From a virus (lineage: Duplodnaviria; Caudoviricetes), in IMG/VR virus record IMGVR_UViG_3300037755_000320, positions 1 to 31,167 of that record: a stretch of 31,167 nucleotides of DNA; one strand, written 5' to 3'. This document shows positions 7,305 through 16,754 of the stretch, piece after piece; position 1 is the first letter of the stretch, and each line of letters opens with the position of its first letter. Under the pieces are notes generated by a model. The model worked only from the letters and a program-made list of their open reading frames with translations, did no database searches and had not been told where the DNA came from. The translations under genes were made by a program, and so were the position numbers.

Positions 7305-9581
7305 AGCCGCATACGACGCCGCGATCGCGCTCAAGATGCGTCCCTGATCCGGCTTGAACTCGATCGTCTGCCCGATCGCCTTGCGCGCCAGGCTGCGCGA
7401 GGCAGCGTCCTGAGCCCCGAAGATGTTTGGCAGTGTCCGCGCCAGCCAATGGTACATCGTGCCCTGCCAGACTTTGCCCTGGAACGTCGAGCGCGTGCCC
7501 AGGCGGCGGAGCGTGTACTGCAGACCGCTGTTGCGCTTCTTGCGTCGCATGGCTTCAAGCGAATAGGACGAGCCGGACGGGTTGGGCGGCTTGTAGGACG
7601 TCCGCGCCACGGCCTTCTGAAAGCGCTTGATGAACTGCTGTTCTTCCCGCGTGAACAGCTGGTTAATGACTGATTTCTGATTGGAAAAGGCTTTGTTCAT
7701 CGCCGTGTTGAGGTGGCCGGCCGAGAGGAGATTGCCGTCGCGGCCCGTCACCATCTTCAGGAAATAGGCTCCCTTCACCTGGTCGAGCTTCGAAGGGTCG
7801 TTCTTGAACACCGTCTTCAGCTGCTTGATCGCAGCGACGGTCCCGGCCTTGGGCGTGCCGGTGATGTTCGCGCCGAACAGCGTCTGCACGATGCGCTCCG
7901 GCGTGTCGGCATTCTCTGCCAGTTCGGTGAGGATCCTGCCTGCAGGCGTCAGCTTGCCGCGCTTGTCCTTCGGCTCGAAAAGCTGGCGCTGCTCGCGGGT
8001 GATCTGGCGCGCCTCCGCCACTTTCGCAGCCTGGTCTTTCGTGGTGAACTGCCCCGCACCTGTTCGCAGGGACTGGTTGGTGCTGATATCATCAAACCAG
8101 TCGTTGAACCCGTTGTAGATCGCGCGGGCGGCCGCCTTGTCCTGCTTGTCTACAGCGCCTTGGTATCGAGCCAGGAGGCGGCGGCGCATATTGTCCAGCG
8201 ATGGCGCGCGCCCGGTTTTACCGAGGATCTCGTAAGGCGTGTTGGTCGGGATGTTGCGTGAATAGTCCGTCAGCTCGTTCATCATCTGGTGAGCCGTCGG
8301 CGTCAGCTTCTCGTCGGGAAAGAAACCGAGGTCATCGAATTGCTGACGCAAGTGCTGCGTCATGGCCTCGCGGGCTTTGCCCCCCGTCGCGGTCTCGGTC
8401 AAAACCGGATAGAGGTCTTCGACTTCTTTCCACACTTGCGTGACCTGGGCGTCAGAACCTGCGCGGGCGCTCCGCAGGCCCTCGCCGATCTCCTGCCCGG
8501 CTTCCGACAGGTTCGCGCCGGACTGTGGTGCAAGGTCCGTGCGCACACGTTCCGTTGCCTGGGTGATCGCACCGCGCTGCGTTTCGTCGAACTCCGATAT
8601 CACCTCGCGCGCGCCCGGGCCGAACAACGAGCGGCGCATCTGCTCTTCAGTGTCGAGCTGTTCGGGAATTTTGGTGCGCTGGCCTTTCGTCGTCGGAATG
8701 CCAAACTCGCCGGACTCGATCCCGGCAGCCGTCGCGTGTGGGCTTTCCGCGCGCCGGAGCTGTGAGAGCTGCCGCGCCACTTCGCCCTGGATCTGATCGG
8801 GGTCGAGGCCCAGCCGCTGCGCTTCATTCCGTCCGGCCTTTGTCAGCGTGCCGGTCGCCTCGTCGAAATATGTCGGCTCTGTGAATCGGCGCCAAAGCTT
8901 GCTCAGGCCGACGCCCGCAACCTCGCCAGCGCCGCCGAACAGGGCGGTGATCCCGGCCTTGGGCAGATCGACGGGCTGATCAGCTCCGATGTCCTGCCCG
9001 ATGCTGACGCCGCCTGCAGCCATCCCTTGCGCAGGGGCACGGGTCAGCAGCGATCTATTCAGGCCGGGAATGCGTGATGTCAGGAAAGCGGCCGCCAGAT
9101 ATGGAACCGATCCGGAAATGAAGCGATCGACGTCCTGCCAGTCGAGACCTGGCTGATTGACATAGGTCTCGTATTCCTTGCCGTCATCGCCGACATAGCG
9201 GACGATCTCGTTGCCCTGGTCGTCGGTCTTCACTTCCTGCACGCGGTCGCCGAGCGTCTGCATCACGAGGCGGCGATGAGCAGGCTCCTCGAAACCGGCC
9301 GCCGACATCTTGCCGCGTTGAAGCTTGCTGAAATCGTCCAGGCTGCGAATGCCTTCCCCAGAGAAACCGGCGGTCTCGGCATAGCGCGGATCGCGTTCGG
9401 GGAATGCGGCGTCATAGGCGCTCGTGGCGAGCTGGCCAGCACCCTTGACGCGCCGCCCGAGCCAGGTCTGATCGAGAAAGCCGCCGTCCTGCTGTTCTTC
9501 GTCGACGACAGGATCGGCTTCCCAGGGCGATTCGCTCAGATCCCCGACGACAGGGTCGTTTTCCCAGGGGCGATCGTTCAT
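7284..9581 (-). CDS. large ejection (DNA injection) protein, P22 gp16-like position
   Basis: 765 aa with N-terminal PWE.DPVV repeats typical of podophage internal proteins. ATGA-coupled to the upstream gene. Confidence 0.68.
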   Translation of the reverse strand: MNDRPWENDPVVGDLSESPWEADPVVDEEQQDGGFLDQTWLGRRVKGAGQLATSAYDAAFPERDPRYAETAGFSGEGIRSLDDFSKLQRGKMSAAGFEEPAHRRLVMQTLGDRVQEVKTDDQGNEIVRYVGDDGKEYETYVNQPGLDWQDVDRFISGSVPYLAAAFLTSRIPGLNRSLLTRAPAQGMAAGGVSIGQDIGADQPVDLPKAGITALFGGAGEVAGVGLSKLWRRFTEPTYFDEATGTLTKAGRNEAQRLGLDPDQIQGEVARQLSQLRRAESPHATAAGIESGEFGIPTTKGQRTKIPEQLDTEEQMRRSLFGPGAREVISEFDETQRGAITQATERVRTDLAPQSGANLSEAGQEIGEGLRSARAGSDAQVTQVWKEVEDLYPVLTETATGGKAREAMTQHLRQQFDDLGFFPDEKLTPTAHQMMNELTDYSRNIPTNTPYEILGKTGRAPSLDNMRRRLLARYQGAVDKQDKAAARAIYNGFNDWFDDISTNQSLRTGAGQFTTKDQAAKVAEARQITREQRQLFEPKDKRGKLTPAGRILTELAENADTPERIVQTLFGANITGTPKAGTVAAIKQLKTVFKNDPSKLDQVKGAYFLKMVTGRDGNLLSAGHLNTAMNKAFSNQKSVINQLFTREEQQFIKRFQKAVARTSYKPPNPSGSSYSLEAMRRKKRNSGLQYTLRRLGTRSTFQGKVWQGTMYHWLARTLPNIFGAQDAASRSLARKAIGQTIEFKPDQGRILSAIAASYAASSEDAE

Positions 9582-10867
9582 CGACCGCCGCCCTTCGTCT
9601 TGATCCTGCCTTCAGGATCGATGTAGCGCGCGCCAGGCTGCACGGCGTTGTATGACTTCACGTCAGTGACTTTTGGCAGCACACCGGCTGCCGGCGATTG
9701 CTGCTTCCCGCGTGACGCAACACCCCTTGCGCTCTCCATCATCTCGTCAGTGAAGACGGGGTTTTGCTCGTTGTGCTGCGCCAGGACGCTATACCAGCCA
9801 TCGTCGAGCCTACCGCCATGCTGCTGGGCATACTGACGGGCGAGCTGCGCAATCTCGACCTTGCGCTCTTCCTTCGCGATCATCAGTTCAACGAGCAGTT
9901 TTCGCCCGGCTGCCGTGTCGCCGATACTCGGCGGAATGCTCAGCAAAAATTCGCGGTCAGGATTCGACAGGGGGCCGGGCAGATCGTCTTTGAGACTGAG
10001 CGCCATTTCCGATGTGATGCGCCGGGCGGCGTCAGCAGATTCGACGCCCTTGATATCCATGCCGAGCAAGGTCTGGCCTGCACGCTTCAGCGCATTGATC
10101 GATTGAGCGCCGGTGCCGGTGTAAACGTTCGGATCGCTGAGCAGAGAATCGATCTGGCGGAGTTGGCCGATCCGGCTGACTGCGCCTTGCGCTTCCTGCT
10201 GCACCTGCCCGTAATCCTTGGCGATCGCTTCGCCGCGCGTCTTGTCGTAGGACTTCTCGCCGGTGATCTCGACAAGAGGGGCCTTGGACGATTTCTTGTA
10301 CTCTTCGAACGAGATCGGCGGCAGCCCTTGCGCCTGGCGCTGCTGCATCGCGAACTCGTATTCCTGTATGCCCGCTGTCGGCTTTGCGCCTGCACCCAGC
10401 TTCCGCCGCGCCAGCTCCTGGTCGATCGCCGTCTTCGTCTCCCCGGCGCGCGCCAGCACAACGTCGAGCATGCCGAAGTCGTCAAATTCTTCGCCAACCT
10501 GCATGCCGGTCTTCCTGGCTTGCTCGACCGCATTTGCCCAGGCATGCGGCTGCGCGTCAGGCGGCAGGTTCTTGATTGACAGTGCCAGATTGCCGAGCAC
10601 TGTGTTGAAGCGGTTCGCCTTCTCCAGCTTGGCGGTCTCGGCCCGGCTGGCGGCGGCTTCGAATTCCTTCCGCATCGCCATCGCCGCGTCGAGCTGACCG
10701 CCCTTCGCGAGTGCGTTGACGGTGCCGGTCTGGTCGCCCTGCGCGAACCGCTCTCCGGCCTCGCTAAGCGTGCTCTGCTCCCGCATATGCTGGCCCGTTG
10801 CAAGGCCGCGCTGGTGCTGCGACAGGATGTTGTCGACGTTGGGTATGTAGGGATTATCGAACGCCAT
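9578..10867 (-). CDS. ejection protein, P22 gp20-like position
   Basis: 429 aa from MAFDNP (TGATG overlap with upstream stop). Helical and Gln/Ala-rich, with PTAGIQEYEFA, GPLSNPD and C-terminal GARYIDPEG motifs. Confidence 0.68.
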   Translation of the reverse strand: MAFDNPYIPNVDNILSQHQRGLATGQHMREQSTLSEAGERFAQGDQTGTVNALAKGGQLDAAMAMRKEFEAAASRAETAKLEKANRFNTVLGNLALSIKNLPPDAQPHAWANAVEQARKTGMQVGEEFDDFGMLDVVLARAGETKTAIDQELARRKLGAGAKPTAGIQEYEFAMQQRQAQGLPPISFEEYKKSSKAPLVEITGEKSYDKTRGEAIAKDYGQVQQEAQGAVSRIGQLRQIDSLLSDPNVYTGTGAQSINALKRAGQTLLGMDIKGVESADAARRITSEMALSLKDDLPGPLSNPDREFLLSIPPSIGDTAAGRKLLVELMIAKEERKVEIAQLARQYAQQHGGRLDDGWYSVLAQHNEQNPVFTDEMMESARGVASRGKQQSPAAGVLPKVTDVKSYNAVQPGARYIDPEGRIKTKGGGR

Positions 10868-11532
10868 CACGACCACCACGCTTTGTTAGACAGACCAGGA
10901 CCAACCGCGGCTGCACCGCCCTGACCGGACGCCATACCCTGCTGCCACATGTTATAACCCGCCAGGTTGGACAGCCCGCCCGAGATCGCATTGCCCGCGC
11001 CCATGATGCCCTGCCCCTGATAAAGGCCGGCCTGGGCGAGGGCATTGCCTTGCGACTGGGCCGACTGCTGCCCGAAGCCCGCGAGCGACTGGGCTGCGCC
11101 GCGCCCGGTATCGACCAGCCCGCCGAGCTGCGACAGGCGGTTCTGATACTGTCCGTAGATCGCGTTCTGTCCGGTCTTGAGCAGCGCGTTGGCCAGGCCG
11201 CCGCCGGTGTTGCCGAGGATCGAATACTTCTTCATCGTCTCCGACAGCGCGTTATTAAGTGATGTCTCGAAGCCTGGATCGGTCTGGAAATCGTCGTAAA
11301 AACCCTGCTGCGCATCCTGACCGTGCAAACCGACGGCGGTCTCGTACTGTTTAAGCGCGTTTTGACCTGCGCCGGTATAGGGCGAGAGCATCTCTTTGGT
11401 CTCGGCGTATTGCTGCGCCTGCAGCTTTTGGGACTGCTTCGCCCCCTTCGCCGCCTTGTTCGCGCCGTAGATCGATGACCCCGCGCCGATCAGCGCCGAC
11501 CCGATCAGGGCCGTCGTTGTGCCGATTGCCAT
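10867..11532 (-). CDS. DNA transfer/pilot protein, P22 gp7-like
   Basis: Hydrophobic Gly/Ala N-terminus (ALIGSALIGAGSSIYGA), LSPY..AGQNAL and F.TDPGF motifs, Gln/Gly/Ala-rich. Confidence 0.78.
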   Translation of the reverse strand: MAIGTTTALIGSALIGAGSSIYGANKAAKGAKQSQKLQAQQYAETKEMLSPYTGAGQNALKQYETAVGLHGQDAQQGFYDDFQTDPGFETSLNNALSETMKKYSILGNTGGGLANALLKTGQNAIYGQYQNRLSQLGGLVDTGRGAAQSLAGFGQQSAQSQGNALAQAGLYQGQGIMGAGNAISGGLSNLAGYNMWQQGMASGQGGAAAVGPGLSNKAWWS

Positions 11533-11544
11533 ATCGGAAATCCT

Positions 11545-11976
11545 CTACAGAGTTTTGATGAATTGCCGCTCAAGCGGTTCATATCCGAGGCGCTCATAAA
11601 GCGCGGAGACGGCCTCGTTCGGCGAGACCATGAGGCTTTTGGTAATGCCGTTGGCGCGCGCCCATTCCTCCGCCGTCAGCAGCAGCTTGACGCCGCTGCC
11701 ACGCGCTTTCGGCAGCACGTACCAGAACAGCTCCGACAGCACCGGCTCGCCGGAGAAAGGGTGCCGCGTCGCGATGACGCCGATCATGCCGACGACCTGT
11801 CCGTTCTGCTCGCTGACGAACACCACGCCGTGCGGCACATCGATCAGCATGGTGGCCAATTCGCGCATGGCGGTTATGTCGGTCCGCAGGTGCCGCCCGT
11901 AGATGCTTTCGCGCATGAACAGCACGCCGAGCGCCACGAGGCGCGGGACATCATCGAGCGTTGCTTCGCGGATCAC
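11545..11976 (-). CDS. GNAT family acetyltransferase (virion assembly module)
   Basis: IREATLDDVP start (GTGA overlap), WYVLPKARGSG motif A, LYERLGY motif B. Confidence 0.85.
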   Translation of the reverse strand: MIREATLDDVPRLVALGVLFMRESIYGRHLRTDITAMRELATMLIDVPHGVVFVSEQNGQVVGMIGVIATRHPFSGEPVLSELFWYVLPKARGSGVKLLLTAEEWARANGITKSLMVSPNEAVSALYERLGYEPLERQFIKTL

Positions 11977-12242
11977 GTCACGGTCACGCTGGCGTCGTCG
12001 CAGCGTTGCCAGTTCGTGCCGTCCGAAAAGGCAATGCAGGGCGTTCCGCCCGCATCGGACACGTAGACCATCGACCCGGCGGATACGGTCGAAGCATCGG
12101 GCAGCGTCGCGACAGTGTAGCTGCGGGCGCGAAGTTGGCCGGTGGCGTAAATGCGGTTGATGGCCTCGACGACGAGCCGATAAGAGCCGGCGAACTCCAA
12201 CCCTAGTTTGCCGAGCAAGTCCCTCGGAATGCTGATCGTCAT
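11973..12242 (-). CDS. small tail-associated protein
   Basis: 89 aa with YTVATLP.A....G..VYVSDA.......SDGTNW motif seen in phage tail-tip/needle proteins. Confidence 0.62.
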   Translation of the reverse strand: MTISIPRDLLGKLGLEFAGSYRLVVEAINRIYATGQLRARSYTVATLPDASTVSAGSMVYVSDAGGTPCIAFSDGTNWQRCDDASVTVT

Positions 12243-13663
12243 GTCGCCGGCCTTGCATGCAGATAGGCTTGAACCGTGCCGCGCAGAACCGGCGCGGACG
12301 AACGGATACGCCAGATGCGGCCGGTCTCGGTGACCTTGCCCCAGTTGTTCATCCGTATGCGTCTCTTGCGCTCACCGATCTTGCCGAGCTCGCCCGTGCG
12401 TTCGGCCTCGAACGTCGCGCCGCCATCGTCGGAATAGTCGATCATGACCTTGGGATCGGCGATGTTGTCATCGGCGCTCTGCTGCCCGACGCCGGAGATC
12501 ACATCGAGCTCGAAGGCATCGACCAGCATCGCGTCGGGAAAATTGTGGCTGTGCGCGCACCAGATTTCCGTGACGAGGTTCTCGCCTCCCTCATCGAACG
12601 TCTCCGGATCGATCTGGTAGATCTTGCCGTCACTGTTCGAGCCGACGATATAAGCGCCGTTGTACTGCTGCGATGAGGATGCCAGCCAACGGGCTGCACC
12701 ATAGCTCATACGCTCGGCCCAGGTCCCGTTGACCAGATCGAACTGCCAGGTCCAGCTTGCCGACGACATGGTGTAATACTGGTGGCCGTGGAAGCTGAAG
12801 GTGAAGGCCTCGATCGCGCGGCGCTGCGCATCCGTCAGGCTGGCAATGGCGCGCTCAACGGCATGCGTCGAAATCCTTTGCGCGGAGCCGTCGCGACCAT
12901 AACGGACGATGCCGTCATTATCGACCCAGACCAGACCGCGTTCGAGCTCTTCGATGGAAAACGCGGCAATACACCCGATCGGAATGTCCTGCTGGATCGG
13001 CGCAAAGACGAAGTTCTCAGCCGCAAGCGCCGGATCGGATTGCCAGATCTCCGTGCCCTTCTGCTTGAAGACATAGACGAAACCGGCATGCGATTTGACG
13101 CGCACCAGGTTGGATGAGTCCGAGCGCGCCGTGCCGAATGCATCGCCCTGGATCTCTGTGCCGTCTTCGAGATCGGATGAATAGATCCGCCCGTCCTCGA
13201 TGCCGAACAGGAAGAAGCCGTCCTGATAATCGATCGAATTTGGCGTCGGCAGATCGGCGTCACTGATCTGGGTCAGCGTGCCGCCCGACAGGATGTAATA
13301 CTGGCCGGAGCCGGTCACGATCCCGATCTCCGGCACAGTCGCCCGATTGCGCGCCAGGGACAAACGCCCGGAGCCGACGATCGTCGCGAGCTGCGTGCCG
13401 ACGAAGCCCTGGTCGTAGCTGTAGATCTGATTGCCGGTGAAATGGATCAACTCGTTCGAGGTCAGCTCGATCATGCCGCGTGACGCGCCGGTCAGGCTGT
13501 CGCTATCCTTGCGGTCAAGGCCGGGCGCATTGTAGATGACGAGCTTGTTCTTGGCGTCGGCGCCGGCGTCCTCGGCATAGGCGTTGATCAGCCGGACATT
13601 GGCGACCTGTCCGCTGCGGCCGATATTAGACTGCGTCGGCAGGGTGAGCGCGAGCTTTGCCAT
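12239..13663 (-). CDS. tail hub / packaged DNA stabilization protein, P22 gp10-like
   Basis: 474 aa, beta-rich, with RISTHAVE.AI, F.FHGH.YY and SDDGG.TF motifs. Synteny fits. Confidence 0.85.
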   Translation of the reverse strand: MAKLALTLPTQSNIGRSGQVANVRLINAYAEDAGADAKNKLVIYNAPGLDRKDSDSLTGASRGMIELTSNELIHFTGNQIYSYDQGFVGTQLATIVGSGRLSLARNRATVPEIGIVTGSGQYYILSGGTLTQISDADLPTPNSIDYQDGFFLFGIEDGRIYSSDLEDGTEIQGDAFGTARSDSSNLVRVKSHAGFVYVFKQKGTEIWQSDPALAAENFVFAPIQQDIPIGCIAAFSIEELERGLVWVDNDGIVRYGRDGSAQRISTHAVERAIASLTDAQRRAIEAFTFSFHGHQYYTMSSASWTWQFDLVNGTWAERMSYGAARWLASSSQQYNGAYIVGSNSDGKIYQIDPETFDEGGENLVTEIWCAHSHNFPDAMLVDAFELDVISGVGQQSADDNIADPKVMIDYSDDGGATFEAERTGELGKIGERKRRIRMNNWGKVTETGRIWRIRSSAPVLRGTVQAYLHARPAT

Positions 13664-14347
13664 TCAGCGCTCACCGGGGCAAAAGACGATCGTATCCTCG
13701 CGGTCGTAGTCCATCGCGTCCAGGGCCAACATCTCCGCGCGAGCGACGATGCGCTGGGCGGTCACGCCCTCGATGCCGTGATTGTCGAGAAGCCGGGCAG
13801 CAAGATTATACGCGACGGCCTCCAGCCCCCAGTCCTCGACGTCGATATCGTCGTCAACGTCGTCGATATCGTCGAAGCGCTTCTGATAGGTGACGCGCAG
13901 CGTTTCGGTGGTGATCGTCGCCTTGACCGGCCAGACATAGAGCGTCTGCGCGCCGCGCTGCGGATCGAAATACCACTGCGTCGGAATGCCGGCCGCCGCC
14001 TTGTCGGGCAGCTCGAAATACTCCGTACGCGTCATCAGTTCCATCGGCAGATCGATGGTGTTCGTGTCGCGATAGCGCATGTCGAGAATGCGCAGAGGGT
14101 TGAGCGTTGCGAACAGGTTGTAGCTCTGCGTGGCATCGGTCAGCGTGACGCTGCCTTCGGTCTTTTTCCAGAGGTGCGGGCCCTTCATCTGCCAGCTTTT
14201 CAGCATCATGTTGAGGGCGATGCGCGCGTCCTCCATCTCGTCCGCCGAAATCGACGCACCAAGACCGACGACGCTGATCTTCTTGAGCGCAAAGGTGATC
14301 AGCTCGCGGGCGTTGCGCGAGAAATCGTAGGAGCCGGACAGCGCCAT
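13664..14347 (-). CDS. head-tail adaptor, P22 gp4-like
   Basis: ARELIT.AL..I.V...LNMML.SW...YNLA.RL pattern. Directly precedes the gp10-like gene. Confidence 0.78.
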   Translation of the reverse strand: MALSGSYDFSRNARELITFALKKISVVGLGASISADEMEDARIALNMMLKSWQMKGPHLWKKTEGSVTLTDATQSYNLFATLNPLRILDMRYRDTNTIDLPMELMTRTEYFELPDKAAAGIPTQWYFDPQRGAQTLYVWPVKATITTETLRVTYQKRFDDIDDVDDDIDVEDWGLEAVAYNLAARLLDNHGIEGVTAQRIVARAEMLALDAMDYDREDTIVFCPGER

Positions 14348-14593
14348 TTACAGGTCGTCCCTTGTCACTTCGTTGTCTTCGAGAAAAACGTCAGTGGGCG
14401 GATTGGAATACGGCGGCGCGATATCGTCCTTGCGCCCGCGCACGTGGTCCTGCGGATGCCGGGGCTCCCAGCAGTCCGAGCACACGCGCAGGCCCGTCCA
14501 TTCTTTGCGGACTTCGCTGGCGTATTTCGTGAAGCCGCAGCGCTGGCATCGATAGAGCCAGTCGCCGGGCTTGTGCGTATTGCGGGGGGGCAT
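14348..14593 (-). CDS. small zinc-binding phage protein
   Basis: CQRCG...EWTGLRVCSDCWEPRHPQ, two CxxC pairs. Translationally coupled. Confidence 0.75.
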   Translation of the reverse strand: MPPRNTHKPGDWLYRCQRCGFTKYASEVRKEWTGLRVCSDCWEPRHPQDHVRGRKDDIAPPYSNPPTDVFLEDNEVTRDDL

Positions 14594-14979
14594 CAGTCGA
14601 ACTTTTTGACCATCTCCAGCTTGATCGTGTAGCTGGAATCAAGTTCGAACCCTTCGGTGGAAAGCAGAATATCGCCGGTCCGGCTTTCATCGGCGTTGTT
14701 CTGCAGCCCGCCTTCCTTGCGATAACAGGTCTCGTTCTGGCCGGACAGTTGGGCAAAGACGAGGGGCGTATCAGCCGCCCAGGAGAGCGTGACGACCCCG
14801 CCATGAACATCGTGGGTAATCTTATCGATCCGCACTCTGTCGCATGGCGGCATCAATTCGGAGACATCAACCTTGATGACGTCGGCCTCCTGGCCGCTGC
14901 CATCGGAGATGCCGGTGAACTGCATGACGACATTACGAACGCCATCATGCAGGATTTGGCTGGTCGGGGCGATTGCCAT
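14593..14979 (-). CDS. putative virion structural protein, 128 aa
   Basis: Beta-rich ORF in the coupled structural operon (TAATG and TGATG overlaps). Confidence 0.62.
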   Translation of the reverse strand: MAIAPTSQILHDGVRNVVMQFTGISDGSGQEADVIKVDVSELMPPCDRVRIDKITHDVHGGVVTLSWAADTPLVFAQLSGQNETCYRKEGGLQNNADESRTGDILLSTEGFELDSSYTIKLEMVKKFD

Positions 14980-15533
14980 TAGACGTCAACTTCAGCCCAG
15001 ACCAGGGACATCGTGAACAGGGCGGTCTGGGCCACCGAACCGCAGACGAAGAGGAATTGGCCGTAGGGCACAATCACGGCCCCATCGAAGTCGTGGGACA
15101 TTGTGAAGATACCGAGCCCCTCGGTAGCCGACTCGATACTCGATCCGGTCCAATAACAAGCCGTATTGCCAACGACAGTGGCAGCAGACGGCGTGAACCG
15201 CATGCCTGAGGCATCGCCCTGGCTGATCCTGGCGTTGCGGATGGTGGTGCCCAGGACGCCGTCGGTAAACGCGGTGATGTTGCTACCCGTCGCAACGGCG
15301 GTCGCAGAGACGTTCGCCAAGCCGATTTCACCCAAGGCGATGGTGCCTGACGTGTAGCCGATGTTCAGCCTGAGGAGCACCGCAAGTTTGCCGGGATTGG
15401 TGTTCCAAAGCCCGAAAGTCGCAGCCGTGCCGGTCGAGATCGGAAACGCCGTGCCAGCGACAGCTGTAGACCCGATGAAGACGCGACCAAGGTAAGCGTC
15501 CTCGTAGTATTTCAGTCGTGAAGCCAGAGCCAT
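14979..15533 (-). CDS. putative virion structural protein, 184 aa
   Basis: AGGAGG RBS. Thr/Gly/Ala-rich beta-type sequence. Confidence 0.62.
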   Translation of the reverse strand: MALASRLKYYEDAYLGRVFIGSTAVAGTAFPISTGTAATFGLWNTNPGKLAVLLRLNIGYTSGTIALGEIGLANVSATAVATGSNITAFTDGVLGTTIRNARISQGDASGMRFTPSAATVVGNTACYWTGSSIESATEGLGIFTMSHDFDGAVIVPYGQFLFVCGSVAQTALFTMSLVWAEVDV

Positions 15534-15628
15534 TTGGCCCTCCTGTGTAAGCTATGGATGTGGGGGACTACTGATTAGTCAGGATGCCGCCGAGGATGAT
15601 CGCGCCCTGGCTGATGCCGGCCCCAGGA

Positions 15629-16630
15629 TCAATCAACCGGCTCAGCGTGACCACCATCGCCATCAGCACCGGGATCGGGCGTGATGTTGTAGACAACGCC
15701 ATCCGTCGACGCATCCCACGCGGCAGCGCCAACGCCGACAAGACCGCAATTATCGATCACGATCGTGCCGCCCTGCGACGCCCCGGTATCGAACGCTTCG
15801 GTCATCTCCGTCGCCGTCGATTCTACGGCATTGTGGAATAGGCAATTCTTGAACCAGAGGAAGCGATCGAGCGCGCCGGCGGCAGAGGTGTCGAGGAAGG
15901 TGAACCCGGACGCAGCCGCAAATGTCGGGAAGAGGCAGTCGACGAATTTAACGCGCGTCACCGCGTTCGCGCACAGCATTTCCGACGTGGCAGTGCCCCT
16001 GGTGACGGTATCGAGCCCGATCACGCATTTATCGAAGATCGTCTCGGCGGCGCCGTTCAGATAGAGGGTCTTGGCGGCAGCAACGTCCATGCTGTCGTCC
16101 CCGATGCCGGCGATGTGGCAATTGTGGAAACGATTGCGCTCGCCGGTCACTTCCAATGCGATCGGTGTCGTCGCGGTCGAAGAGCCAACGCCCTGGAAGA
16201 TGTGGATATTGCTGATAAAGCAGTTCGAAGCAGAAACCGTGAAGAGTGAATCGATGGTCAGCACGGTCGACAACTGCGCGATACGGGAGCGCTGGCCCAT
16301 GAAGGAGCCGGCATTGATGCCGATCAGGTGGACCCCGTCCTTGTTCCAGTCGAGTGCCGTTGAAAGATCGTCCGTCGTCTCGGCCGCCGAATTGCCCGAA
16401 GCAATCTGAAAGACCACGTCGTTCTTGTCCTCGCGGGCAAGCGACAACGCCTTGCTGAGTGTCTTGACCGACCGTTTCGGCGTCTTGCCGTCATTGCCGT
16501 CGGAAGCGCCGTTTTCGCTACCTGAGCGATGAGGCGCAACGAAGATCGGCCGCGATGCAATGCCAAAAGGAATGCCAGGATTGACGGGTACGCCGCCCAT
16601 TTGGAAAACCATGTCACCAAAAGTCGTCAT
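15629..16630 (-). CDS. right-handed beta-helix-like protein, putative head fibre/decoration
   Basis: Start MTTFGD with GGAG RBS. D.NDGKTP....KTL.KAL motif followed by repeating F.NC.F/I units. Directly after the capsid gene. Confidence 0.68.
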   Translation of the reverse strand: MTTFGDMVFQMGGVPVNPGIPFGIASRPIFVAPHRSGSENGASDGNDGKTPKRSVKTLSKALSLAREDKNDVVFQIASGNSAAETTDDLSTALDWNKDGVHLIGINAGSFMGQRSRIAQLSTVLTIDSLFTVSASNCFISNIHIFQGVGSSTATTPIALEVTGERNRFHNCHIAGIGDDSMDVAAAKTLYLNGAAETIFDKCVIGLDTVTRGTATSEMLCANAVTRVKFVDCLFPTFAAASGFTFLDTSAAGALDRFLWFKNCLFHNAVESTATEMTEAFDTGASQGGTIVIDNCGLVGVGAAAWDASTDGVVYNITPDPGADGDGGHAEPVD

Positions 16631-16704
16631 GTCAGTCTCCGTTGTGCGCATGGCAGCCGGAGCAGCCAGGGATGACGGACCCCACCATGCGCAGATGATT
16701 GAGA

Positions 16705-16742
16705 AGGAAGGAAAATCGAGGCAGGCCCGAAGGCCTTGCCTC
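16705..16742 (-). terminator. terminator-like hairpin after the capsid gene
   Basis: Minus strand GAGGCAAGGCC-TTCG-GGCCTGCCTC followed by GATTTTCCTTCC; cUUCGg tetraloop. Confidence 0.65.
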
Positions 16743-16754
16743 ATCGCGCGATGC

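Noticed and set aside
11977-12258. N-terminal extensions of track ORFs (GNAT to 12258; also endolysin to 3005, beta-helix to 16744, SSB to 30471)
   Set aside because: The extensions overlap upstream genes or terminators. Internal starts have an RBS or stop-start overlap and coincide with domain starts.
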